Virus record (IMG/VR): IMGVR_UViG_3300030397_000190
Location: 1-35,186 of that record
Strand: one strand, 5' to 3'
Source of the DNA: a virus
Taxonomy: Duplodnaviria > Caudoviricetes
DNA length: 35,186 nucleotides
Positions 1-8,520 of this stretch are shown piece by piece (position 1 is the first letter of the stretch; the number at the start of each line of letters is the position of its first letter). The notes beneath the pieces are model-generated. The model had not been told where the DNA came from, searched no databases, and worked only from the letters and a program-made list of their open reading frames with translations. The translations under genes and the position numbers were made by a program.

Positions 1-17
1 GTTTCCCAGTCACGATC
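1..17 (+). other. Random-amplification (SISPA, round A/B type) primer tag; library artefact
   Basis: GTTTCCCAGTCACGATC at the start; its exact reverse complement ends the window. Confidence 0.95.
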
Positions 18-47
18 CAAAAGCGCATCTGATTGTCCCTGCTAAGA

Positions 48-75
48 GACGGGCTTCCCGCCGTGGGCTTCCCAC
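48..75 (-). repeat. Two tandem GGGAAGCCC mini-hairpins in the leader of the gene after the portal (ATG at 28, cut by the window end)
   Basis: Minus strand GTGGG-AAG-CCCAC and GGCGGG-AAG-CCCGTC, then CAGGGA and ATG. Confidence 0.6.
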
Positions 76-82
76 GTGTGCA

Positions 83-111
83 AACGTAGTCGACTGACGC
101 TTTTGCGTCAA
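83..111 (-). promoter_or_regulatory. Sigma70-type promoter overlapped by a palindrome
   Basis: TTGACG-17 nt-TACGTT; palindrome TGACGC-N4-GCGTCA (95-110) overlaps the -35. Confidence 0.6.
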
Positions 112-135
112 TCATCTAGTTCGCGTTTTTGTCGA

Positions 136-1857
136 CTACTCGAGTGGGTGAGTGTGGTTGTTCGTGCCTGCGGGCTGAACAACGCCGTTTTCAACCGCGT
201 GGCTGTGCGAGCCAGCGGCCTCCGATGCGTCCGTTGAGGACGTGCCGTTTCCGTCTGCGTCGAGGGTGACGCTGTGCATGTGGTCGGTGTCGCCTTGGGC
301 TAGTACCCGCGACCCTTCCGACTGCCCTTCCCCGTCCCCTTCTTCGTTCCCTTCGCCTTCCCCGTTTTCTTCGCCATCTTGTTCCGCCTTTTCTTTCTTG
401 CGTTCCTCGTCCTCGGCCTGCTTCTCGAGATATTCCTCGAACGTCATATCGGCCGGGAACATCCCGCCCCGCTTCGCACGGTCGAAGTAGGTTTCCTCGG
501 ACATGCCGCCCGTCTGCCATACCTGCACGAGCTTTACCGCGTCGTCCCAACTGAGACGTGCCTCGATGAAGTCGCGGTTGAACGTGACCGATACCTTCTC
601 GGGGTCTTGGTCCATCAGAATCGCTACGAACTTCATGATCAGGTTCATCGCCTTTTCGGAGTTTTCGATGACCTTCATCAGAACGCTTGCGTTCTCGCGG
701 GTTTTCATGCGGATGGCTTCTGCCGTTTCCGCTTCCCCGGACTTCTGCTGGTGAATCAGGCGAGCGCCGAGCGCCGCCATGCGTTCCTCTTTCTGGACAA
801 GCGCCTCGAGTAGCGCGTCCATCGAAACGCCGGATGCTGAGAGCGTGCCGACTTCCTTCACGTCCTCGGGTAGCGTCCAGATTATGCCCCCGCCGATTTC
901 GCGGGGCTTCTCTTGATCGGATAGCCGCCCGATGATGTAGAACGTGTCGTGAGCGCCCGCGTAAAGCGTATGCTCGTAGTCTGCGGAGTTGATGTAGTGG
1001 CCGCGATTCACGTCGACCAAGTCCAGCATCGGCGGACGTTCGATTTCCGGTTGCAGCGTCTTGGGATTCACGAACACAAACGGAATGAACGACAGTGGCT
1101 CGCCGCGAACCATCGGGACGCGCGCTACCGGCGGCCGGGCTGCGCGTTCGGCGACGAACATCTGATTCGAGAAATCACCACCGCCCGTGCTGCCTGCCGT
1201 CTTTTCTACGTCGTCCTTGAAGAACACCCATTCCTCGATGACGTAAACCGGTCGGTCTGACTGTGGGTTCTTGAGCAACAGCCGGAGGAACCGTACCGCG
1301 TCCTTGTCGTTGACGCGCTCCTTGCCGTCCTGAATCAAAACCATGGTGAGGACGCGCTTGCCGTGCGCCATCTCCCTGCGCCAGTCGAAAATGTGTTCGG
1401 CGAAATACTTACTGGCGTAGGCGCGGTTGTCGGGGGCTTCTTCGGCCGGTAGGTCGACCAGCACGCCGAAGCGGCCGACGCTGATTACCTCGTCGACCAT
1501 GACATGCGCGAGGATGTTGGCACTTTCACCGTCGATGGTGAGCGCCTCGACGACCTTGTCGTCCTCCATCTTCTTTGTGACTTTGTAGTCCGGGTTCTGA
1601 ATGAACGCTACACCCGTGATGCCTTCGATGGTGCGGTCGACGACCGGGTAGAAGCTCGCGCGCTCTTTGTAGTTGTGGTACTCGTCCTTGCCCTCCATGG
1701 TTTTCGTGTCCATGCCGGACGGAACAGGAAGGTAGAGGTTGCCTTGCAACTTGACCTGATCGGAGCCCTCGCGGAAGTCTCGGATGCGCTGCCACTGTCG
1801 CCACCGTTGCCCGTAGCTGACGTGGCTAAGGTGTGGGTTGATCCGTACTGTCGACAT
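136..1857 (-). CDS. Portal protein (DUF4055-like) with acidic linker and His-rich C-terminal extension
   Basis: YLP..., Y..RA.FYP, GRFGVLVD, IPFVFV, PP.LDL..VN..HY..SADY, MAALGARL, ETAEA motifs; follows the large terminase. Confidence 0.9.
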   Translation of the reverse strand: MSTVRINPHLSHVSYGQRWRQWQRIRDFREGSDQVKLQGNLYLPVPSGMDTKTMEGKDEYHNYKERASFYPVVDRTIEGITGVAFIQNPDYKVTKKMEDDKVVEALTIDGESANILAHVMVDEVISVGRFGVLVDLPAEEAPDNRAYASKYFAEHIFDWRREMAHGKRVLTMVLIQDGKERVNDKDAVRFLRLLLKNPQSDRPVYVIEEWVFFKDDVEKTAGSTGGGDFSNQMFVAERAARPPVARVPMVRGEPLSFIPFVFVNPKTLQPEIERPPMLDLVDVNRGHYINSADYEHTLYAGAHDTFYIIGRLSDQEKPREIGGGIIWTLPEDVKEVGTLSASGVSMDALLEALVQKEERMAALGARLIHQQKSGEAETAEAIRMKTRENASVLMKVIENSEKAMNLIMKFVAILMDQDPEKVSVTFNRDFIEARLSWDDAVKLVQVWQTGGMSEETYFDRAKRGGMFPADMTFEEYLEKQAEDEERKKEKAEQDGEENGEGEGNEEGDGEGQSEGSRVLAQGDTDHMHSVTLDADGNGTSSTDASEAAGSHSHAVENGVVQPAGTNNHTHPLE

Positions 1858-1884
1858 CCGTTCCCCTCGTGGGCTTCGGGGATA

Positions 1885-2109
1885 CTAGCTTACTTGTGCC
1901 AGTCCGATCAAGAACACGACTGCCAGAATGAATGCCGAGCCTAGGAAGGTCAGAGCGACCATCCACAGAAAAGCCCGTATCGGCCATGGGATCGTCTGCC
2001 ATGCGCTCTTGTTGTGATGACGAGCTATGAAGCGCCGTCGAGGACGTGGGGCCAAAGGTCGTGGCCGTGGGGGTCTGTACGCGCCGGGGGAGTAGGGTCG
2101 ATTTTCCAT
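1885..2109 (-). CDS. Small membrane protein
   Basis: Start MENRPY shares a TAATG overlap with the terminase stop; basic N-terminus and one C-terminal TM helix. Confidence 0.6.
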   Translation of the reverse strand: MENRPYSPGAYRPPRPRPLAPRPRRRFIARHHNKSAWQTIPWPIRAFLWMVALTFLGSAFILAVVFLIGLAQVS

Positions 2110-3641
2110 TAGTATCGTCCTTTCATTCTGTGCCTTCCGATCTTTGCCTTTTCGTCGGCGATTCTGCACCACTCGGTGCAAAGGAAAACGCCTACGTCGA
2201 ATTGATCATCATGAGTGGCCGCCGGGTACTTCGTGCATTCTCGGATGAACGACGAAACCCAAGGCGCGCCCTTCGGTACGAAGAACTTACGCGATTCGAG
2301 GAAATGCTCGATGCCGTAGAAGCGCAAGTCCTTGTCCTTGTCGACCGGGATAGACCGTACTCGGGAGTTCCGGTTCTGTAGGTTTTTGATGACCTGAGCC
2401 GCGAGGTACGCTTTCTCGATTCCCATGTACTGCAAACCCGCCCGGCGGATGAACGCGAGAATGTGCCGCTCGTGTGCGCCGTCCTCGTTGGTGCGCTCGA
2501 GTAGGTCGATGCGTTCCCGTGACCAGTCGTACACGAACATGAAGCCGGTTTTCTTGTCGCCTGCTGCTGCCCCGAGAACGGTGTAGTCCGCGCGCTCGCT
2601 TTTCGTGTACGCGAGGTCGGCTGCGCCGAACTTGAACAGCTTGTCGAACTCGATCTCGATTCCATCGTCTGTGACGACGTACCGCTTGCCGTTGATGACC
2701 TTCTCGGTGTACTCGCGGATGAATGACCGTTTCCACATGCCGCCTTCCGGCGGGTTGGGTGATTGGTCTAGCTGCCCGGCCGCGCCGTATGTGCCGAGTG
2801 AGACGCGGAGTTTCGCCACTTCTTCATCGTCGAACTTTTCTTCCCAAAGCAACTCGGCCCGGTCGGTCCTTTCGTCGTAGTATCCGAGCGTGCTGCTCGT
2901 TTCCCTGTCCGGGTCGAACTGCATCGGGATCATGACGTGATCCCACTTGTCCGGCGGTGGTTCATGTTCGACTTCGCCCAACACGTAGCCGGAAACGTCC
3001 GCCTCGTGTAGCCGCTGCATGATGATGATGATTGCGCCCTTCTTGCGGTCGTTCAGGCGCATGTATAGCTTCGACTTGAACGAGTCGACGTTCTTCCAGA
3101 TCGCAGCGAGCGAATGAGCGTCGTCCACGTCGTGAGGGTCGTCAACAATGATTGTGTCAGCGCCGAAACCAGTGATGCCGCCGCCAAGGCCCGTAGCGAT
3201 GCGGTGCCCGCGTGCCGTGTTCTGGTACTCGGTCTTTGCGTTTTGATCCGGCGCAAGCTGGACGTGGGGCCAGTGCCTTCGGTACCAGTCGGACGTAATC
3301 AACTGGCGCATTTTGATGTTGTCGCGCGTGGCCAGCGCTTGCCCGTGTGACGCGCAGATGAATTGATGCCCCGGCGTCCTCGCCCAAACCCATGCCGGAT
3401 AGAACACCGAAACGAGTAGCGACTTCATGCAGCGGGGCGGGATGTTGATGACCAGCCGTTTGATTTCGCCCCGGTGGACTGCTTCTAGGTGTTCGCAGAT
3501 GACCCGTATGTGCCAGTTGTCGACAAAGGGTGTGTCGGGCTCGAGGATCGGCCAAGCGGTTTGAACGAATGCGAATAGTGAGCGGTGGCAGGCTTCCGCC
3601 TCGAGCGCGTCGACGTAGCTCTCGACTGCGTTCTGCGTCAT
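2109..3641 (-). CDS. terL: Terminase large subunit
   Basis: INIPPRCMKS Walker A, IIVDDPHD Walker B, IMQRLH coupling motif, DLA..ADYTV nuclease start, HDDQFD end; start at MTQNAV by ATGA overlap. Confidence 0.95.
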   Translation of the reverse strand: MTQNAVESYVDALEAEACHRSLFAFVQTAWPILEPDTPFVDNWHIRVICEHLEAVHRGEIKRLVINIPPRCMKSLLVSVFYPAWVWARTPGHQFICASHGQALATRDNIKMRQLITSDWYRRHWPHVQLAPDQNAKTEYQNTARGHRIATGLGGGITGFGADTIIVDDPHDVDDAHSLAAIWKNVDSFKSKLYMRLNDRKKGAIIIIMQRLHEADVSGYVLGEVEHEPPPDKWDHVMIPMQFDPDRETSSTLGYYDERTDRAELLWEEKFDDEEVAKLRVSLGTYGAAGQLDQSPNPPEGGMWKRSFIREYTEKVINGKRYVVTDDGIEIEFDKLFKFGAADLAYTKSERADYTVLGAAAGDKKTGFMFVYDWSRERIDLLERTNEDGAHERHILAFIRRAGLQYMGIEKAYLAAQVIKNLQNRNSRVRSIPVDKDKDLRFYGIEHFLESRKFFVPKGAPWVSSFIRECTKYPAATHDDQFDVGVFLCTEWCRIADEKAKIGRHRMKGRY

Positions 3642-3988
3642 TCCTTCCAGTCCTCGCCGTCGACCTTTCGGCTCGTCTGTATGTGAACCATTAGGCCGCT
3701 GCACATCGTTGACGCGGACACGAGTTCCGCCAACTCAATTCCTTCCGCCTTGAGAATGCTGGTCACGAGTTCATAAAGCAGGTCATCGCATTCGTTTTCA
3801 TAGCGTTCGACGTATGCGCTTGTTTCTCGAAGGTCGCCCTTACAACTGGCAATCCCTCGCGCCCCTCGGCCCTTTACAACGTCGTTCTGATCGCGCGCAT
3901 ACTCGAGTTCGGCACACTTCTCACGGTACTTTCGCGTGAACTCGGGCGGGGCCTTATAGGTTTTGCCGATTGTTACTCGTTCAGCCAT
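3638..3988 (-). CDS. Hypothetical protein
   Basis: Fills the gap and overlaps both neighbours by a few bases. Confidence 0.6.
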   Translation of the reverse strand: MAERVTIGKTYKAPPEFTRKYREKCAELEYARDQNDVVKGRGARGIASCKGDLRETSAYVERYENECDDLLYELVTSILKAEGIELAELVSASTMCSGLMVHIQTSRKVDGEDWKE

Positions 3989-4718
3989 TGCCGGGGCCTT
4001 TCACCATCTGCTTCGTTGGGTCTTTCACGTCGGTCTGTTCGAACACCGTCCCGTGAGCGTCGTCCATCCACTTGTGCCGCTTCACGTGTTCGGCGGGTCG
4101 TGGTTGGGTTTGCTGTGGCTCGAAATCAATCGGCCAAAGGTGGGGGTAGCCGTTGTCCATCTGCCCGGCGTTGATCTTTCTGAGGATGTCGCACTCTTGG
4201 TCCGTGAGCGTGACCCGGACGCAGATCACGGTCTTGTGCGAGTCGAGGTTGACGTACTCGTAGTCGTCCTCGCCGCAACCCATGAGCCCGATGACCGCCG
4301 CTGCGTAAGCATCACCGAGCCGGTCGTTCGTGAGCCGGTAGTTGAGCTTGCCGTTTCCTAGGCTGACCCGGCAATCCCATACCGGGCGGCCGAACTGGAT
4401 GGCCATGTAGCGGCAGACCGTGAGCGACAGGTTGACTACCCGGCCGTGAACGTCCTTGTACTGGTGATGATGCACGTTGCGTAGGTCGTCGCTGCCGGAA
4501 ACAGGATTGTAAATCGCCCGCTGCTGCGCGATGGAAAGCCGGAGCGGGGTTAGTAGGGATTGCGCCCTTTTGCGCGCTTCCTGTCCTGCTTGTTTTTTGT
4601 CCGCCGTCCCCGACTCGATACGCTCGTTTGCCTCGCTACCGTGACGATCACCTTCCGCGCGTGGTTGTAAACCACCGTCAGGCCGTTCTTGCGTATTTCC
4701 ATCGTCACTTGGGGCCAT
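3981..4718 (-). CDS. Hypothetical protein (start uncertain; overlaps the upstream gene)
   Basis: Globular-looking C-terminal part; no obvious later start near 4550. Confidence 0.5.
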   Translation of the reverse strand: MAPSDDGNTQERPDGGLQPRAEGDRHGSEANERIESGTADKKQAGQEARKRAQSLLTPLRLSIAQQRAIYNPVSGSDDLRNVHHHQYKDVHGRVVNLSLTVCRYMAIQFGRPVWDCRVSLGNGKLNYRLTNDRLGDAYAAAVIGLMGCGEDDYEYVNLDSHKTVICVRVTLTDQECDILRKINAGQMDNGYPHLWPIDFEPQQTQPRPAEHVKRHKWMDDAHGTVFEQTDVKDPTKQMVKGPGNG

Positions 4719-4831
4719 CTGTCTCTTTCTTCTTCCGGGCCGAGCATTTTCTCGATTACGTCGAGCGCCTGTTCCTGAGTGATGCCGCGTTCAGCGCAAC
4801 GCTCGAGCGCGTGGTCGCTGAATGTGATCAT
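4550..4831 (-). CDS. DUF4258-like (RelE/BrnT-fold) small protein
   Basis: ITFSDHALERCAERGI...VVY...VIVTV signature; ATGA overlap with the upstream stop. Confidence 0.7.
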   Translation of the reverse strand: MITFSDHALERCAERGITQEQALDVIEKMLGPEEERDRWPQVTMEIRKNGLTVVYNHARKVIVTVARQTSVSSRGRRTKNKQDRKRAKGRNPY

Positions 4832-6072
4832 GCCGTGCAGACCAACCTTCCGTACTTTTCCTTGAAGTCGTCTAGCCAGTATTCCTGACTTTGGTTCGAG
4901 TCTACGAGCAACTTGACGGTGTATTTGCCGCTCCACTCGTGATGCTTGACCTCGAGGATTCGGTGCTGGTCTCCGTCCTTGGACGCCCAAATCTGGCCTT
5001 CCTCGAGTTCGACATCCATGTGCTTCGGCGTTGGTGGCGCTTCCGTCGAGCGCAGTACGCACGTCAACACGCCCCCTATGCTCATGACTAGGTCGCAGTT
5101 TGGCGGGAGCAACTTTTGCATCAAATCAGTATTGAGCCCTAGCCGCGACATGAGTTCCGCCGCGTACTGTTTGCCCGGGACGAACATTGGGCTCCCGGTG
5201 TGGGTCTTGAGCAAGTCCTTGGCCCAATCAACTTCGTTCTTGTGAACTGTGCCGTAGTCGACGGTTGTCCCGGCGGCCGTGCTGAACTTGGGCTTTAGTT
5301 GCCTCTCGTCAATGACTTCCTCGGTGTAGGTGAGGTTGCCCTTTTTGACGACCCGCTTGCCGTGCGCCTCTAGTTCCGACTCCAAATACTCGCCCACGAA
5401 ATGGTGGTTCACCTGAATGCTAACGACGTTTGCTCGATGCTCTTGGCTGTACCGGCTGTAGTTGACCGTGCCGACTTTCTTCTCGCCGTTCTTCCGGTAG
5501 AGGACTTCTTGCCCGGGAATGAACTTGAAGCCTGTGGCTTGCCCAACCTCGTCGTGCGGGTCGTCCAAGATCATCATGTCGAACGCCTTGCCGTTGATGC
5601 GCTTCCGGTTTTCCTCGATGTCCTTGATGGGGTCCGGCTTTGCGGCTTCGCCGGGATTGCTTGTAATTTTGAGGCCGTACCGAACCTTGTCAAAGTCGAG
5701 TGGAGGTACAGCGGCTGCGATGTCTGCTGCCGACAGGACGCACTCTAGCTCGAGGTCCGGCTTCTTCGTGGTGTCAAACTCCATGAACTGCATTTCTTCG
5801 GTGTGCGCCGGTACGTCGCGCCTGTGCTGCTCGTACAGGTCCGGGTGTTCGCCGATGGCGCTCGCCGTCTTGTGTCGCTTGTCGTAGGTGATGCGCGTAT
5901 CGGGGCCATGTTTCAGGCCGCCAAGGTAGCGCTCGAGTTCGTCGTTGGCGTGACGCTCGACTCGTTCCTCGAAGGGGTCCGTGTGGTTGCTGCCCTTTTC
6001 AAGTTCGGCCAAGAGCGAAAGCGTAAACCAGACAATCAGCCCGGCGTTGGTTTTGACCTTCCTGTATTCCAT
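4828..6072 (-). CDS. Mosaic hypothetical protein with KOW/SH3-like modules
   Basis: ACAGGAG RBS; FIPGQEV and LEEGQIW beta-barrel-like starts; internal DMMILDDPHD. Confidence 0.7.
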   Translation of the reverse strand: MEYRKVKTNAGLIVWFTLSLLAELEKGSNHTDPFEERVERHANDELERYLGGLKHGPDTRITYDKRHKTASAIGEHPDLYEQHRRDVPAHTEEMQFMEFDTTKKPDLELECVLSAADIAAAVPPLDFDKVRYGLKITSNPGEAAKPDPIKDIEENRKRINGKAFDMMILDDPHDEVGQATGFKFIPGQEVLYRKNGEKKVGTVNYSRYSQEHRANVVSIQVNHHFVGEYLESELEAHGKRVVKKGNLTYTEEVIDERQLKPKFSTAAGTTVDYGTVHKNEVDWAKDLLKTHTGSPMFVPGKQYAAELMSRLGLNTDLMQKLLPPNCDLVMSIGGVLTCVLRSTEAPPTPKHMDVELEEGQIWASKDGDQHRILEVKHHEWSGKYTVKLLVDSNQSQEYWLDDFKEKYGRLVCTA

Positions 6073-6086
6073 CGCTGTCTCCTGTG

Positions 6087-6359
6087 TTAGTCGACCGTCT
6101 TGGGTTTTTGTATGGCGTCCAGTGCGATTACTTCCTGCGCGATTCTAACCGCTCGCATGACCCGGAGTTTTCGCCAAAACGGAATGCGCCCTTTGACTTT
6201 ACTGCTTGTTGGGATTCGCAAGCCGAGGCCGCCGTTAGCGGTCCACAGTGTGATGCCGCTGTGATGCGTGGCTCTATAATCTCCGAACTCCCAATCGCCC
6301 GGTGTTTGCAGCAGCGACTTTTCGATTTCTCGCCATAGCTTTTGCTTTTTGGCTGCCAT
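6087..6359 (-). CDS. Hypothetical protein
   Basis: ACAGGAGG RBS before MAAKKQK. Confidence 0.65.
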   Translation of the reverse strand: MAAKKQKLWREIEKSLLQTPGDWEFGDYRATHHSGITLWTANGGLGLRIPTSSKVKGRIPFWRKLRVMRAVRIAQEVIALDAIQKPKTVD

Positions 6360-6539
6360 CGCCACCCTCCTGTGTTGACAATGTTGGTGGTGTCGCCCCG
6401 TCGAGCGAAATGGCCCGTCAGCCATCTACACAAGCCTCCCTCTCGGGTGTGTCGGGTGTAGTCGGTTACCCCCGGTTTTGGGTCACGATTGCACCACCAA
6501 CATAAGTCTAACATGCCTTCAAGTATTAGTTGCCCGTTG

Positions 6540-6550
6540 ATTCTAGCACA
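6540..6550 (-). promoter_or_regulatory. Extended -10 promoter candidate
   Basis: TGTGC-TAGAAT just after an upstream stop codon. Confidence 0.45.
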
Positions 6551-6568
6551 CACCGCCCGGCGCTGCGT

Positions 6569-7456
6569 CTATTCGATGAGAACGAGATGAATGGCCGTGT
6601 AGCCTTCACCGCCGCCGGAGACTCCCTGAACAGCGAGACTCGAACACTCGCCGTAGTTCGATGCCCAAACTGGCGTTGCCGGTGTGATCTTGAACAGGCC
6701 GCCTTTGTAGCCCTCGACTGTGGAGCCGATCATGCCTTGGAGTTGCTCGAGTAGTTTCTCAACCGTCGTGTCCTCGTGTTCGGCGTCCGAAGTGTATTCG
6801 ATAGCAAGTTGCTCGTAATAGCCCCGGTAACTGCCGAGTGCCGAGAACTTCCACATGGCCGCGCCGATACGAACCTTGTCCGTGGCCGGGCGTTGCTCGA
6901 GTTGCGCAATCAGTTCACGGAGCGTGAGTTGCCCCTTCGCCTGATTCTCGATTTTGGTCTGCGCCGTTACCCCGTCGAGTAGCGCGTGGATGGGTTCTGC
7001 CCTTGGGTCCGGTGGGTAGGCCTTGTCCATGTCGCCGTAACTGAGTTGCCGGAGCAACTCGTCCGTGTTGACGTTGATCGAGGTCGCGCCCTTATACATG
7101 AGTTCGGGCTCGCCGCTCGCAAGCAGAATATGCAAGGGCTTGTCAGCGCCCCAAAAGTACCCGGCTTCAAGGTGTGCCGAACGCCCGCATGGCATGAGCA
7201 AGACGCAGCAGTCGGCCCACTTCATCGCGTCATAGTCGTGCTTGAAGCCGCGAACGGACGCCGGGTGTTCGAGCATCGCGCGGAACTTTTCTGGCGTCCA
7301 GTTCTGCCAATCGTCGTCGATTTCACGCCAACTGAAACCGTCGTCGCCTTCTTCCGGGTTACGGAAGTCGTAGACTTCGTGCCCGTTCTCGCGTAGCAGC
7401 TTGACGATTTCAGGCTGACGCTCGTTGCGCCATGAACTTGCGAGGTAAATCTTCAT
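6569..7456 (-). CDS. Nucleoside 2-deoxyribosyltransferase-like domain fused to a phage hypothetical domain
   Basis: KIYLASSWRN, GHEVYDF, D..AM..AD..VL..PCGRSAHLEAG; second domain LTL.ELI..SYRGYY..GYKGG..TPVW; ACAGGAG RBS and ATGA overlap. Confidence 0.75.
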   Translation of the reverse strand: MKIYLASSWRNERQPEIVKLLRENGHEVYDFRNPEEGDDGFSWREIDDDWQNWTPEKFRAMLEHPASVRGFKHDYDAMKWADCCVLLMPCGRSAHLEAGYFWGADKPLHILLASGEPELMYKGATSINVNTDELLRQLSYGDMDKAYPPDPRAEPIHALLDGVTAQTKIENQAKGQLTLRELIAQLEQRPATDKVRIGAAMWKFSALGSYRGYYEQLAIEYTSDAEHEDTTVEKLLEQLQGMIGSTVEGYKGGLFKITPATPVWASNYGECSSLAVQGVSGGGEGYTAIHLVLIE

Positions 7457-7950
7457 GTCAATCTCCTGTAGGTTTGCTCTGCGTCCTCGAGCGCCTCGCT
7501 GAGACGCTGACTTTCGTTGAGATTCTTGATGCCCCGTTCCTGTTCGGCCTTTGACAAGTCTGCGAGGCCGTAAGTCCTGTGGTCGCGGCGCTTTATGTAT
7601 GCGTTGGCGAGCGCGAGCGCGGCTTGTGCAAGTGGGGAACTTTCGGATGGTTGGGCGTAGAGGATGACAAACAACATCTCGCCGCCCTTGGGTTCCATGT
7701 AGTGACTGCGCCCGGCCTCGATTCGCGTGACCGTTCCGGCCTCGCATTTCACGGTCTTCATGCCGTCGTCGGTGTCGAAGTGAACAAACCCCTTGCCGCC
7801 AACACAAAGCGCGATTTCGTCGGTGTCATGCTTGTGCCAGCTTCCCGAAAGTTCGAAGCGCATCATCTCGATCTTGCCGCACAAGACTTCATCGGTGAGT
7901 TTGATTGTAGTCATGCCGCCGAATCGGTGACTCGTCGGGGTGATTTCCAT
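7453..7950 (-). CDS. Cupin-domain protein
   Basis: WHKHDTDE..CV.GKG and AG..H metal-binding cupin motifs; helical C-terminus. Confidence 0.75.
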   Translation of the reverse strand: MEITPTSHRFGGMTTIKLTDEVLCGKIEMMRFELSGSWHKHDTDEIALCVGGKGFVHFDTDDGMKTVKCEAGTVTRIEAGRSHYMEPKGGEMLFVILYAQPSESSPLAQAALALANAYIKRRDHRTYGLADLSKAEQERGIKNLNESQRLSEALEDAEQTYRRLT

Positions 7951-7964
7951 GGCGTTCTCCTAAG

Positions 7965-8387
7965 CTATGCGTCCATTGGTCCCGGTAGCCGCATGTTTTC
8001 CGCGACTCTGACTTCTTCCCCTTGATGCGCCGCCTCGGATACCGTTCGGCCGTCCTCAAGCTGCATGTGCGGAAGGAATGCCGAGTATGGCGTAAGCAGT
8101 CCGTTGTCGATGGCCTCGAGTTGGCCCTTCACCCATATAAGCATGACGCGCCAAAGCCGACGACACTCCCGGTCGATGCGGTCCTGTGTATCGAACTCGC
8201 GCGGGTCCGGCGGGTTGATCTGCAAGCGGATGGGCTTGCCCTCGTACACGAACGCGAGGAAGCTTGCGCCTGTGGCGATGTCGCCGCCGATCATGTGTTT
8301 GGTCGCGCCCCGCTTCGTAAGTAGTTCTAGTATCTGACCTTGTGTAACCGGGATACTGACTTTGGTTCCATGTGCATACTTTGGCAT
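7965..8387 (-). CDS. Phage hypothetical protein
   Basis: YA.GT.V..., R.WR....VK..LEA...F.P.M..DG.TV pattern; preceded by the dual-GGA leader. Confidence 0.75.
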   Translation of the reverse strand: MPKYAHGTKVSIPVTQGQILELLTKRGATKHMIGGDIATGASFLAFVYEGKPIRLQINPPDPREFDTQDRIDRECRRLWRVMLIWVKGQLEAIDNGLLTPYSAFLPHMQLEDGRTVSEAAHQGEEVRVAENMRLPGPMDA

Positions 8388-8415
8388 TGGTCAATCCTGT
8401 GCGTGCGCGTCCGTT

Positions 8416-8519
8416 TGGCGGGGCTCAGTACGTCCGGTGTGACTCCGTAGATGCGGGCGAAACATGCCTAGGAAGATTCCCCGCCTCGTCCATCCCAACC
8501 GTCAAGTGTACTGAGCCCC
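8416..8519 (-). ncRNA. Candidate structured RNA, 104 nt, 12-bp closing stem with 3' GCCA
   Basis: GGGGCTCAGTAC pairs with GTACTGAGCCCC; internal GCGGG/CCCGC and GATG/CATC helices. Confidence 0.5.
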
Positions 8520-8520
8520 A

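Noticed and set aside
6128-6553. ORF MCARING/MLDLCWWC as a gene
   Set aside because: Overlaps the better-supported 6087-6359 gene by about 230 nt with a weak RBS; not fully excluded
8416-8519. Canonical tRNA or tmRNA
   Set aside because: No TTCRA T-loop, D-loop or tag ORF; kept only as an unclassified structured RNA
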